A DNA stretch of 64,000 bases from Hamiltosporidium tvaerminnensis FI-OER-3-3 (lineage: Eukaryota > Fungi > Microsporidia), in the NCBI GenBank assembly GCA_022605425.2, contig JAKIMF020000004.1:1483982-1547981 (forward strand), read 5' to 3'. Below the pieces are notes generated by a model. That model did not search any database. It was given only the letters and a program-made list of their open reading frames with translations, and was not told the DNA's origin. The translations under genes and the position numbers were made by a program. Positions within the stretch are counted from its first letter, which is position 1. The number at the start of each line of letters is the position of its first letter. Positions 1 through 14,439 of the stretch are shown piece by piece.

Positions 1-2925
1 ATATAAAAAAAAATATTAATATATTGTTAAATTGCTTTATAGGTTATACGAAAATATATAGTCAATTTAAGATTTTCTATTATTCGGATATACCCTAAAA
101 ACATCAATTATGTATAATATTATAACCGAATGATCTTCCTTCGAATGTTTAATAATTTATAAAATCCAAGTGATCAATATTTTCTCAAAAAAATAGTCCA
201 AACAGTTCAATGTTTGAATTTATTAGAAAATTTAGTTAGGAATATAACTTTTTGAAATTGTAAAATATAATCATGCACATCTTTGATTCACTTGGACTAT
301 ATTTTTTGAAAAATAAGATTGTTTTGGAAATTTCAAAAAAATCTAAAATGAATTGAAATTATATTACGCGCATAAATAACTTAAATTAAAATTTTTAAAA
401 AATGAATACTTAAACAATAACTTCTAAAGAACGTTGCATTAAAATATAAGTATATGGGTTTACCCAAAGAAGAATTTTTATGTCTGTGCCATATGCATTC
501 TAGTTTATACAACTTAGCACAATATATTTATTTTTTTATTTGTCGCTGGTAAAATAAATCAACAAATAACTTTGAATAAAACCTCGAAACGGTATGTAAA
601 TCTTAGCCTATTCGGATCAAAAATAAATTTTTAGACGTCTGAAAATCGGTTAAGGTTTATTAATTGTACAAAAAAAAATTTTTAGAGTAATTGAACCTAA
701 AGAAATAAAATGTAAAGATTCAAGCGATGTATTCTTTGTTGTAATATAAGTTCTTTATATGAAGATAAAATATGGTTATATCTATGATGTAAACCGCTTG
801 ATACCTCAAAATAAATATTATGTGTGTTTTAGAGAACATACTTAATTGATTCTTTTATATTAAGATATAGTTCCTCTATACATTTTTTTGGGCTTAACTA
901 TATTTAATTTAGATAGTCAAGATATTTTAAATATGATTTTAACATATATTTCCATACCCGGTGTGAAGTTTGGATTTTTTAGGGTTTGGTGACTTTCTTT
1001 CTGAACAAGAATAAAAGGTACAAGTAAAAGAGAATTTTTTCTAAATAAATAAATTAAATAATAAAATACATATAAATTTAACATGGTTTCTCTTGCACCA
1101 AAATGAAGCATATAAAAATAAATAAGTATTTTTTATCCTAAAAAAAGAATCGATACCACAACTGATTTTGAAAATTAGCAAATATTTTTACATTAAAATT
1201 TATATGCAATAAATTATGTTTATAATCCGATAGCACATCATTACGATCAGATTTATATAAATTGAGTAAGAATTCTAGAACACAGTATTTTTTTTATCCT
1301 TACTAATTATATGTTTTGCAGATAAAAGGTTATTGATTGCGAGTTTGATATAATAATACAGTCAAAAAATATTATCCCTACCTGTAAAAATGAATAGTAG
1401 TAGATATTATAGGAAACTATATATAAACTTGCTCAATTAATTGCCAATACTGATATATAGATTATATAATAAAAGATTTAGTTATCAGAAAATACGTAAA
1501 TAGATACGAAATTTAGAATACCTTAAGAGATAGAAGTCTAAAAAATAAACCAAATAAACGCCTTATGTACTGAAAACAAATAAAAACAATTAAAGCCTTT
1601 TCGATTGAAAAGTACGATTTAGCTACATTCCAAAGATATAAATTAAAATTTAAAAAAATTACTGAAACAAAAGTTTCTTAAAGAAAAAAATCTCTAGTAG
1701 AGGTATAAATTCGAAATCATTTTAACTATAAAAATTAATTGCTTAAAAATAGAAAAAAATATTTCTCAAAAACTGATTAAACTTGTTGATAACATATAAA
1801 TTACAAAAATTCAAATAATGTTCAAAATTGTACTTATACTACTACCTATTGTTAATCTATTAAATAATTATAATATTAAAAATTATATATTGAAAAATTT
1901 CTTAGTGAAAATCATCGAACTGTATTCATAAATACAACTGTTTTTTAATTGATTGTGATTTATTTATAAACAATCAATTTGGTTATCAACATATATATTT
2001 CATTATTCAATTAAGAAAAAAGAGGCAGAGTTTTATTATACAGTGTTGGTTTTGTATCTAATAATTTGCTGTGATTAATTTTTTCAAAACATATTGAGCA
2101 GCGAAGAACTATAATGAAAATATGAAAAAATGTAAAAACTTGCATTCTGAGAATATTTGAACTTAAATTTTCATTAAGATACGTATGTTAATCTGAAGAA
2201 AAGGCGTTAATTTTGCCATATTTTTCTTTTATATAATGATTTTTTAATTATAATTCATCAAAAAAAATGTTCGTGCCGATAGTCCAGTAGCCATAAAAAT
2301 CCGAATTTACTTCCGAAGAAAAAGTATAATGTATTAGGTGTAGCCCAAAAAAAACATGACGGCAAAATTGAACAAATATGAAACCGCAAAAATGCGATTT
2401 ATAAGGTACCGGATAGCTTTGAAAGTTTGAAATCAAATCGCTGGAAATATTTTTAAATTTTATGATATTTGAATTTTCTAGAACATTTCTTTGGTCAACT
2501 AAACAAAAATTTAAGAGTTATAAAAAATTATCACTAAAACTAAAATGTATCTTGATATTATAATAAATGGTTGTATTTTTTATTAAATTCAAATATAATG
2601 GTTCTAATTCAATAATACAAAAGATCGGAAATTAATATTCTTAGATGATAAAAAGTACGAACCGTAAATAACCAGAAATATAAAACTTTCATCTTGTAAA
2701 GTAATTTTCTAAAACTGTCATTTTTTAATCTGTATGTCTTAAAGCTTTCGGGTTGCTTGAATCAAATTTCTTTTAGTAAAAATATTCTACCAGAAAATGC
2801 AAATTTCTAAAATTTTTATGATTCTTGTATTACATGACCCAGAATCTAAAAAAATGAAAATTTTTAAATTCTAAAAGAATCGATAGAACAATAAAAAAAT
2901 TATATACGTACAAAAAAAGTTAACC

Positions 2926-4908
2926 ATGAAAATTTTATTTAGTTTTCCCGCAACTTTTACTTTCTTATTAAAAGTTTTTGCTACAACTAACCAAAGAAAC
3001 AACAAAAGAGTTTGGGAACCAAATTCTATAGCTGAAAATAGCGATTATTATCCCGGAATTGATGGTTTTGACTATTTAAGTTTTGCAAAGGTTTTTATGA
3101 TACAAAGTGATCCAATTCAACCTCAAGAAATAGAAACATCAACGACCGAATTTCTTCTAAATAAACAAGAATCTTTCCAAGCAAATCCTCAGACATCTTA
3201 TTTACATGAAGATTACATACCAGAAGAAAACATAGAAATAAGTTCTTTTGACAATGCATCACTACATATAACATGCAGCGATGATAATAAAACTGTAAGT
3301 TCAATCTATTCAACTACTCCATTACCAGCATTCCATATTGCATTTCCCGAAAAGGCAAGAAAAGAACAAATTTCGGAACATTTTGAAGAGGAATCTATGA
3401 AAAGAGACGTAGTAAATAAACAATTTAACACAGAAAATACATGCTCACAACCAATAATAAACGATCTATCTACATTATGGTCTGAAGAGGTAAGTATTTT
3501 AAATCAGGAATTTCAGCCTGCGAATAAACCCGTAGAAATTCAAATAAATAGATCAATACCATATAATGTGAAAGAAAGCGAAACTATTAACAAAACGACA
3601 TTTTTAGCTACAAATAATGAAATTTTGGTTTATGAAGGAATCAAGAATAGGATTTCAGATGAGCCATCGTTCAATTGTTTTATGAACCAAATAATTTCCG
3701 AGAGAAATCTAGATAAAGCAAACCAGGAATCTGTTCAAGTGATAAAACAAGAATTACATAGAATTATATTTAGTTCTGATTCTGTGGATAATTGCACCGA
3801 GAATCAATATACTGATGATGGTTTAGACGAGGAAAATATCCTATTCAAGCTTAGAGATAAAAATTCGGAATTTTATCGTAACGAATATGAGACATACGAG
3901 GATTTTAAAACAATCTTGAAGTTTAGAAGAAAGCTTGTAAAATTCGAAAATACATTTTTTTCCGAGCTAACCACATCTGAATGGGCGAAAACAATCGAAC
4001 AAAATATGTGTGTCAATCCTCTTGAGAATATTAAAAAATCAAAAATTAATCTAATATTTCCGGAGTTGAATCTGTTTTTTGAATCGTTTAAAGCAAACCA
4101 GTTTGCCTATATTTCGAAAGGACATATATTATATGTGCATTATCTCTATGAAATTATGAGTCTTTTAACATATTCTATTTTTCAAAATAATGAAAATTTT
4201 CTTAAAAATAAATCAGAGGATGAAATTAGTCGTTCAAAAATCTTAATGAACAGAAGAATTTTCTTTATGAGAATTTTGATTTCAGAATTGTTTATTTCTT
4301 TCGAACAAGATATTTTGAAGGTACAGATTTACCTACTTTTAAATTTATTACATTATTTCTCTACTCTTACCCTCAATAGAGCGGTTTACTTTCATACTCT
4401 TCTTTTTAGAATAAAAATCCGATATATTTTTAGATTCATATTTGATACAAATATAAAAACAGGAGAAGAGTTTAAAAATAGCTTGCTTTTAGGCCTTATA
4501 TATCAACTGAAAATGCCCAATGCTTCAAAGTTATTACAAAAAGGATTGTTTGATTTATTTCTTAATAATTTTTGTGTACCTATTTACATAGATTCAATTC
4601 AAGCTCTTATAAACATATATAGAGATAAATTTGGTAAGGTTTCAAAAAATATTTTTAGCTTAGAAGACAGCGAAATAAAGAATTTACACCAAAAAATAAT
4701 TTTGTTAAATTTTTCGCAGAATACACAAACGCACGATATAAGAATGATAGAAATATTCTTAGAATTGGAATGCAGAATCAGTAATTTAGAGAGAAGAATT
4801 TTGAGAGGTTCTATTCATTTTATGTCTTTTTACCCAAAAAGAGGCTATGCTAGTGTTTATAAAAGCATACTCAAACAGGCGGAATTATATTATCGAGTAT
4901 CTAATTAA
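2926..4908 (+). CDS. Hypothetical secreted protein (660 aa): signal peptide, acidic/disordered N-terminal half, helical hydrophobic C-terminal domain
   Basis: 1983-bp intact ORF in DNA where chance ORFs are <100 aa. Hydrophobic N-terminus MKILFSFPATFTFLLKVFA. A-rich context before the ATG and ATTAAA overlapping the stop. The C-terminal domain aligns by eye with 23146-24297. Confidence 0.88.
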   Translation: MKILFSFPATFTFLLKVFATTNQRNNKRVWEPNSIAENSDYYPGIDGFDYLSFAKVFMIQSDPIQPQEIETSTTEFLLNKQESFQANPQTSYLHEDYIPEENIEISSFDNASLHITCSDDNKTVSSIYSTTPLPAFHIAFPEKARKEQISEHFEEESMKRDVVNKQFNTENTCSQPIINDLSTLWSEEVSILNQEFQPANKPVEIQINRSIPYNVKESETINKTTFLATNNEILVYEGIKNRISDEPSFNCFMNQIISERNLDKANQESVQVIKQELHRIIFSSDSVDNCTENQYTDDGLDEENILFKLRDKNSEFYRNEYETYEDFKTILKFRRKLVKFENTFFSELTTSEWAKTIEQNMCVNPLENIKKSKINLIFPELNLFFESFKANQFAYISKGHILYVHYLYEIMSLLTYSIFQNNENFLKNKSEDEISRSKILMNRRIFFMRILISELFISFEQDILKVQIYLLLNLLHYFSTLTLNRAVYFHTLLFRIKIRYIFRFIFDTNIKTGEEFKNSLLLGLIYQLKMPNASKLLQKGLFDLFLNNFCVPIYIDSIQALINIYRDKFGKVSKNIFSLEDSEIKNLHQKIILLNFSQNTQTHDIRMIEIFLELECRISNLERRILRGSIHFMSFYPKRGYASVYKSILKQAELYYRVSN

Positions 4909-4909
4909 A
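4904..4909 (+). promoter_or_regulatory. Putative polyadenylation signal (ATTAAA) overlapping the stop codon
   Basis: ctaATTAAAg, with TAA at 4906-4908. Poly(A) signals at or near stop codons are typical of microsporidia, but the hexamer is common in AT-rich DNA. Confidence 0.35.
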
Positions 4910-5649
4910 GTATGTTTTTAAACAAGTGATTCATTTCTTTTATGGTTTTTTATTCGAATTAGACTCCATGTTTGTTTAGATATAGTATATATTGGCTATG
5001 TACCTAATTTTATATTTTTTACAACTTATAAATCAAGTATTTTCCCATAAAATTATATAAATGATTAATCATTAAAATCCGGAGTATTTTTTTTATTTTC
5101 GTTTCATTTTAATATTTTTTTATAACTGTAAATTTGATTCAAGATGATTCAGTTTCGCATTATTAAATTTAAACATCTGTCATTTCCGAGTTTGAAATTG
5201 TGGTTGAATAATTTCATTTTGAAAATATGATGATTATAATCGTAATTTTGCTAAAATAGTAAATACACTAGAGATGAAAGCCATAAAAGTCATATTAATC
5301 AGATCATACAATAGCAACGAGAAAATATATAATCTAAATGATTTTAATTTTTCGAGTCCATTCATAAATTAACGAAGTTTAAAACTTTGAAGTAACTTAC
5401 AAAATCAAAAAGACTTTTTATAGATAAAAGCTTTACATTTGCTTGCTTCTCATAAGATAATTTCCTTTTTTTAATTTGTATAAATGCTTTTGTTTTTATT
5501 CCTTAGATTTAAATTGAACAAAATAAAAACTTGTATGAGTATATTGTGTATCCAAAATTTTATTGTTACCTCAATTGTAAAAAATTTCAAGGTAAAATTT
5601 TTACTTAATAGCTAGATTAGACTTTTAATAAAGTATAATTTATTTTGCA

Positions 5650-7200
5650 ACAGTTATGAATGCAGAAATAAGTGGCTAGGGGTTAAAAAATAGATTTCTA
5701 CAGCAATTCAAAGAAATTGTAATCGCAAATAAAATCGTTTTATAAAAAATTTAACATATAAAAATAGGAATACATTAATTTCGAACTTCATAGATTTGCA
5801 AGATACATGAAAGATTTCGTTTATTCTGTTTTACAGAAATACGAAAAAAGAACCTTTATGTTTTGCAAGAAAAAATGAAAGTTCATTTTCACGATTTATG
5901 GAAACTTGCATCGTGATAGCAAAATTATAGGGGTATTCTAGCAAAAATTCAAATGTTCTATAGCAAATATTAAATTAACACAAGATCTAAAACTATAGCG
6001 TTTTAAGGGATATATAAAGTTTCATTGATTCAAAACGACCAAATGTAGCATGTAAAAATCAACAGTGCTATTCCAAATAACATTATAGAATACAAACATA
6101 TGTAATTTTCATTAACCATTCAAAAATTCTCTGTAATGATAAAAAAATTATAAATGTTTTAAAAAATTATTATTTTTGCACCAACAATTTTCTGATATTA
6201 ATATAATATAAAACAGTTTCATTAGTAAATTTTGAATTTGAAGCTGCTATTTTCAGATATATTAAGATGTTGCAAGATCAAATGGTACTTCTAAATCAAA
6301 CTTTACGAAAAACTAATTTTAGTAAAAAACACAAATAAAATTCCAAACATACCTAAAGCTCTCTTAAATACTATGACGCTAAAAATTTATTTTCAAATAC
6401 CACAGATCATTGACTCTTGGTCTATTTTTCGAGGCATTTTTAGTATTAACTCAATTTCCAAAGAGGTTGTTATATGTGTTTATGTCTCTTTTCAAAATTA
6501 TATTTTTGAAATACTCTGTATTACATACTGCATATACATGAAAAATAATGATTAATCCATGCCAAATAGCTATAGAATACGTCTAACGAAATTCTTGTAT
6601 TTTTAAAAATAAATTTATTTTAATGTTTCAATCCTGAAAGCGAGATGTTTTATTAAATTTAATTCAAAAAAAGCTAATTTTATTAACCTATAATATAGTA
6701 TATACTATACAAGGCGACTTTATGTAATTTTTAGACCGGAATTAAGGGACTTATAAATATCTGGATGATAACTGCAAAAATAACTGTATATATCGTTTTA
6801 TTGGTTGATGCAGTATAGTTTTAAATGGAAAAATAATTTAGTTTGTGCATTTAAATTTATAATTTTTTTTAATTGCCTATGAACACTAGTAATTTATTTG
6901 GTGAAAACCTCTTAACGAATAGTTTCTCTAATATTTATATTGAATACAAAAAAACAAATGGCTTTTATATTTAGGACATATTTACAAAACAACCACTCTT
7001 TAATCACAAAATGGTATCATCTAATATGTATATTCAATAAAGCTTTACATTTTAACGCAGTGAATATAAATTTACAGACTTTTCGAATTTATCTTGAAAT
7101 AGTTGAGATTTGTGTGAAAACAACAAAAATGACTGGTATAATTCAAGAGACAAATATTCTGTTTAAGTTGAAGTTTTATACTTAAACATTGTAAAATACT
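5650..7200 (+). pseudogene. Decayed paralog of the secreted hypothetical family
   Basis: Fragmented frames, including ORF 6373-6555. YFQIPQIIDSWSIF...ISKEVVICVY(fs)LFKIIF resembles ISKGHILYVHYLYEIM (ORF 2926) and IEEGCFLMVHFLLEILF (ORF 23146). Boundaries approximate. Confidence 0.35.
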
Positions 7201-10200
7201 TTAATAACTCGCTCCTTTTTTTGATTCCAACTTAACTTTTTTTGCAACCTTTGTAAGGTTAACGCGTTTAACTGTTATGTTTCATAAAAATTAGAGAAAA
7301 TTTCGACTTACAGTTAACCTACAATATGTTGATATTTGCTGCATTTCGAACAGTTTTGATTAGAAGTGTATTTAACAAGAGTTTCGATTTTAAATATTTT
7401 AAAGAGACATGCAAGGTATTTTAATCCTTTGTTAATGAAAAAACTATTTAAAGCACAATTTATTATTTTTAATATATCTGGTTTTTACTCTCATCGCATC
7501 CAAAACTCCAATGATTTGGATTTTTAATAAAACATAATTTTTCGGTAAAAAGTATTTTTTTTATTATATTTAACATGAATCCTTTTATGAATACTATATA
7601 AAACAATATTAAAAACCGTAATTATTCTTTTAGTAAATGATTTAGTTTATATATTGTAAATTTTAAAAAACATATATGTCTTTATCAAGCAAATCCAGTG
7701 CTTTCTAATAGGGAAGTATTCGTTTCGATTCCATGTAATTGAAAGTCAATATTTTAAAAAATAACACAATGTGCTATATCAAAATATTTAGCTTCGATAA
7801 ATCAAAATTAATGATTAAAGAAACGCGTCTATCGCTTTTTAGCTAAAACACGACAATACTTTGTCATGTGGGCGATAAATACACATTAAAGACATTTTCT
7901 TTTAATTAGAATTATTGTATAAGTTTCATTTTGGTAATAAGATGAAGCACGTAAAAAATTACTATTGGATATTTGCTGCTTTGAGAACTAATTTTAAATA
8001 TTTTGAGTAAAATTCTAGTTTTATATTGTATTAAAATGAATTTAACATGCTCGTACTCTTTCCTCATATGATTCGAAGAGGTATTATTAAATATTTGACC
8101 CATTTTCTTTTTAAATAATTATCTAGAGTTTTAATTCTATTATTTTGCCATGAGGTCAAATTTTCAAAAAAATTATAGTATAATTTAGTATACAACTGAT
8201 TCGTTTTTCTATTTTTTTAGCCCGAGCTACAATTTATTATATATTTTAGCTTAGCAACTATATATGATGTGTTGCTTCTAAGAATTGTATTTTTAACAAA
8301 TATCGATTAGATTTCCGCATAATTCTGCTTAGATAATTTTTCGATATTTTTACTATGTTCTTCAAAAATTTAAACAAGTTGAATGATCAAATACGCTTTG
8401 GACTTAGCAAAGCACCCATAAACTCGAAAAATATAATTCAAATATAATTAAAAATTCGAATTTACTTTCCAGATAAAACCGTCTCATCAGTTTTGCTTCA
8501 CACGAAAGAATGTCATGGTATGCTTTATCAATATTATGTAAAAGATAAAATTTGTTCTATCAGACAAAATTAATATTTGTATAGATTGGGTTATATAATT
8601 ACATTTGTTTGAATTATATTGTTTTTGATAATGACTCATTTGGAAATTATAAAATTCGTAAGTTTTAATAATAATAAAGTTAAAATTACTCGAAATAATT
8701 CCACCTACAAAGTTTTTTTTGCTTTCTTTTAAGCTTGCAAAGTTTTCTGCAAACAAAGTTCAAAAATAATTAATTTTGTATGTTATTAGAATTTTTAAAA
8801 AACATAAATGTTTTAAATAACTTTAAAAATGAAACCATCTAACATATTAAATCGAATGCTTTTAAACATCTTGATAAGTTTTGGAATCTTACCAGGAAGT
8901 TCTTATAACAAGAGTTTGAATATTTTGCTTAACTATTTGTGTGCAAATAATCGAGCGCTTGGACCCGAAGACTTTCAATCATTAAACGTTTTTTTTCCGC
9001 TGTATTTATCCTGAAAAAGCAAATATTGTTTCTGTTTTTTACAATTTTTATATTTGATTATTTGAAAAATATTTGATCACATAAATGATAATATGAGTAA
9101 CATAAACTTACATCTATTGATATAATTATCAAAAAAGTGTCAAATGACTTAAAATTTGTTGTAAAACCTAAATATTATTACAAATAAGATTAAAAATAAT
9201 TTATAACTATGATAAGATTAGATTTATTGATTAAGAATTTATCAAAATAATATTAGGCTTATTGCTATTTTGATATCTTAAAGTTTCTCGGATTTTTTTA
9301 TCCATAAAATTCGGTTTATATTCTACGAGAAAATATGCACCAATATTTTTACAACTCAAAAGACATTCAAAAATATAAATGAAACACTTACTATAATATT
9401 ATGACGATAATTATGAGTTTATTAATAATTAAAAGAGCCAAATTATCAATATATACTTTTTTAATATCAAATTACAAAATTGAAAGAATAGATATTCAGC
9501 TGTAAAAAACAGAAATAAGACATTAAATATATAAATTGAAAGTAAAGAATGGACAAACCTTTATCATATTTTATTTATACACCGATAAATAACTCTAATT
9601 TTCTGTGTCTTTACAAACAATATGCGTTTGTCATAAAATATTAAAATAAAATTTTCAAAATTGCCTAGGTTTTTCATTGCTAGTGAAATTATAAGCTAAT
9701 AAGTCGATAAATAAAACTATATATTTGCTCATTAAGATTTGTATTTATTAATATTAATTGAAAAGGCCTTATTTTTCAAAAGAAAAAAATAATATAAACT
9801 TTCGATAATCTCTTATGTTTATAGAGAGGAATAAATATATTCACATGCTTAGTATTGAAAGTGCTAGTTTTATTGTAATAAATATGTTATTTAAACCATA
9901 TTGTTTCATTTTAATCTTTCTTATAATTTGTCTCAAATATATAGAGAAAAAAGCAAAGATATACTTATTGCCATTGAAAAAAACTAAATATGTGGCTTCG
10001 AACAAAAAATGAAATGTAAGTTTCCGGACCTAATGATCTCTTTTAAAAACAAATTGTTTATTGGTTTGTTGGTGATAGTCATACAAATCGAATATAATAG
10101 GATCTTTAATAGTATTTTTGTGCCTATTTAAGAAAAATACTTTTAGTACCAAGCGATGCTTTTAATTTTGTTTAAAATTTTTGAACAGTCGAAAAAAAAG

Positions 10201-12849
10201 ATTAAAAAATTTTTTTTTTTCACCAAAATTAAACTTTTCAATCCATTTCGTGCGAATTAATTCTTTCCGAGGAGAAAACCTGTATAGTTCTTATCTTTTC
10301 CTTAAATTTAAATGCCATTTTTTTTCATTCTTAGAATCTATTTTTAAATCATACAATTTCTACTATGTACTTTTCGGTAGTTTTGCATTTAAAACTAAAA
10401 TAAAATAGCAAAGACTCAAAATACGAATTATCATGATTATCTTATATTTACTATCCTAAATTTTTGAACATTTCTTATTCCACAACATAATAAGATATAT
10501 TGACCATGACCAATAAAAACGATGAACTCTTTTTTTATGTTCTGGTATGTGTAAATTATATTATTTAAAGAATATTTTTTATTTTTCTAGCTACCATCAA
10601 ATGTAATATGATTGATGCCAATATATTATTTTATATTTAAACATTTTTATAAAAATTTTATTGCACGAATATAAAAAGATTTATTCACAAAAAAATACTG
10701 GTTTAAATTTTAAGCACTGAAATTTTAGTTATAAGTTAAGAAAATAATATGTGGAAATGAAATATTTATATCTTAGATATAAACTTGGCAATACAATGTT
10801 TTTTCAGCTTATTTATTAAAAAAATTCCGATTTATCTTTTGTTTGTATATAGGAAAGCCTGAATATTTTATCAAGTTTTTCTAACATTTTTTAATTCGTA
10901 GATCGTTTAGTCTCCTTCACCATGTAGTATCTTCCAACCCAATAATTGACTTTTAATTAGTTTTAAATACTTGATGTTTTATTAAAAAATGCGTTATTTC
11001 GAGATGCCGTTACAATTTATATTTTATGAAGACAATAAAATAAAACGGATGTCTTTTATTTCCGCCATATTTAAAATAAATTCATACTGAATTAAATATG
11101 TTATTAACTATTTTGAAACGTGTCTATTAAAAATAACAATAAAATGGATATACCAATGCGGATATTTTAAAAATCAATACTTAATGAATATAATGCACAA
11201 TATAATAAAATATTAAGATAAATTTCGTTTTTAACAGAATTCCTAAAATAGGAATACTTCGATAAAATATTTATCAATAGAATATTTCATTTTATATTTT
11301 TATTTCAAATTTGTTTGTTTTAATCAACGGTTTTCCCATTATAATAAAATTTAATCAGTAACTCATAAATCAAATTAAAATAACAGTACAAACAAGATAA
11401 AACATTAAAATATTTTCTTTAAAACCGAAATAGACTATTTTGTACATCTTATCATAACATTTTATTTTTTAAAAACTGTATTTTAAATATTTTTATGCAG
11501 TAAAAAATATTATAAACCACAAATTTAAATTTAATATATTTTTAATATAATCGATCCCAAAAATATAAATAAATATCATAAAAGTATTACATATACTATT
11601 CATTAAATAAAACCCTTTGCGATATAATATTCTTGCTTATTTTATTCATAGAACAGATAAATTAAAATCATTATTATAGAGTTATACAAAATATAATATT
11701 TAACGATAAGATTGATTTCATGAAAAATTAAAATAATATTGGAATTCAGAGAAAGTGTTTTAAAATAGATTTATTGTCATATTTACCAGTTTTTGAATTA
11801 TTTTTAATTTTCAGATTATTTTAAACATTAATGCCATTTTATAATTGTGTAATTCTGGATTTTTTAGCTTAAATGGTATGACCGTTGTGACCCTTATTTT
11901 CGCTATTTTCTAAAATAAACTATTTGATTGTATCAGAACCCTTTAACAGAATATTTTCAACGTTTGTAGTATAACTAGACGCATTACTATTAAAAACATA
12001 AAAGTATATATTTGAAATTTTAAACCAGCCTGTTGTAAAAGCAAATTATTTCTTACTATAGTGGGTAGAAATGATGGTTTTTAAATTCAAACAAAAAACA
12101 AAATTTTCCAGTGGTTCTATGGAGAAATGGTTAAGGCATATAATAACATGTTAAATTACCTTTCCCCCCTTTTTATTGTTACAGAAACATCCTAATATGA
12201 ACAATAAAATTTACATTTAAAATTTGAACATAAAATAGTGATTTAAAACTGCCAGAATAAATGAATTAAGAAAATAAAAATTAATATAACAACATATCTA
12301 GATTCATAATTTTCTGAAAAAGTCACCATTTAATATTTTGAAATAATTTTGTCCTTATCTTCATTGGAAATAGATGTTCTATTATACTTTTCTTTCTCTA
12401 AAACTAGTTAGGAAATACTTGTCTGGATTTTTAGTCAGTACTTTTTAAGTCTTAGATACACTATTTTATTATATATATCACACCAGGATCTATCTAACAA
12501 CCATAAAAAAATAATCGATATAAAAGAAATTCTTAGTCTGTAAAAACACACTACAAATAGAATTTCCATTAAAAAAAGTATTTTCATTTCTCCTAACAAA
12601 ATGATAAATTATATGTGATGCGAGAATATCAAAACCGTCTTTGTTATTACCCTTTAAAATATTTTCTATTACAATTTATAAATAGCGAATTATTCTATAA
12701 ATTGATCATTAAAATTTATTGCAAATATTACTCTCGTTTGTTTCAAACACGAAAAACACTAAAAAATAAAATATGCGCTACTTTTAATTCAATATTAATA
12801 CATAAATATAAAAGTATTTTACCATTTAAAAATAAACAAGTGTTATAAC

Positions 12850-13800
12850 TTTAAAAGGTTTTCCTTTGAAAAATCGTCTAATTTTTGAATAAATATTAAG
12901 ATTTTGATTATTTAGTTCTTGGCATTTGGAAAATGAATTTGAAATAAATTGAATCGAGATTTGAATTTTTTAAAAAACTATTTGAATATTCCTGAGAAAA
13001 TATAAATTATCAACAAATAACGGTAGATTGCAAGAGTTGAATTAAAACAATTAAAAACGTTGTGAAATAAACAAAGAAAAGGATATATTGAAAAAAGACT
13101 TCGCTACCGATTTTCTTCTACCGGTATTAATCTATAGGCAATCATGTAAAATACTTAGATTAGATTCTTTAAATAAACTTATATAATACAAATTTTGGTT
13201 TTCCAGGCTCCTCTCAATAAATCAATATTTTTTTAACATTTGATTAAATGTTTTTTGACATTATACGTTTAAACTCTTGGAAATAGTTTTCTTCCTTTGG
13301 TTTTTATAGGGAAGTAAAAAGATTTCTTTATTATTAATATTTGTTGTTTTCTTTGAGAAGACTATTGGTTCTTATGAATCTTTTTAAGAATAATATGTGT
13401 TTTCAGACACTAAGAATTTGATTTTTTTTGCAAGTAAATATTCGTTAAGAAATCAAAAAAATAAGATTTCGAACGTTAGCAAAAGCAAAAATAAATCTCG
13501 GAAAAACTTTCCAGGATTTTTAACCCTACCAAAGCAAGCTTAGCACATAGTATTTGAATTTTAACTAAATATCATAATATTTTTGTCTGAATCTTAATAA
13601 ACGTTTAGCCACGATATAAATACCAAAGAATGTTTATAGAAACCCGAAAGATATATAAATAGAATCCAATTTCTAATCCGGTCAAGAGGTAAATAATTTA
13701 GACTTTATGTATTTATGTTTTAGATCTTATTCCGGCGAATGATGTTAAAGCTTTGTTGTTAGTACTTTGAAAGCAAAATAAGTGCATGGTAATCATTAAC
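12850..13800 (-). pseudogene. Gene remnant, unknown product
   Basis: Long minus-strand frame with sparse stops (EPIVFSKKTTNINNKEIFLLPYK...FIERSLENQNLYYISLFKESNLSILHDCL). Boundaries approximate. Confidence 0.3.
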
Positions 13801-14439
13801 AATTAAAACTGAAAAAAACAATTAACAGTTTACAAAACATAATTTTGTTTTGGTTTCCTTTATGAGTAATTTTAAACTTATACAACTTGTCAGAATTTTT
13901 TTTTCGCTTTTTAGTGTTCATGATTTTTGTGCTAATTATGATGTTTGGATACACCATAATAACAATGATTTTAATAATTTTAAGCTTTATATTTGGTCTT
14001 TATAAAATGACTCGTATAGTCTGAATAATTAATATAATACTTTGTTTGAATAATTGCAATTAGCATTAAGCTTTAAATTTATTATTTTTATTTAGAAAAC
14101 AATTTAAAAGTATTTTTTTAAATATAAAGCACAATTATAACAACCAAACTTAAATTTGAAAACAAAACTTTGTAGAATTCTAGTATTTGTTTTTTTTTAA
14201 AAATTTAGTCAGATTTGAGAATTGTTATTTTCGGAGATTGAGGTATAGTTAAAATATAAATAGAGATTTTTTTTAAAATATTATTTGCACATATACAGAT
14301 ATACATAAAAACCTGGTTTTTTCTAGTAAAGAATATATAAATTGTTGTAGTTTCGTTACTAGAAGAGCATTTTCCAAATACAAATTTTACTATTATATTT
14401 TTTTTAACGTATTAAACTAATATTTAAATGTAGTTTTAC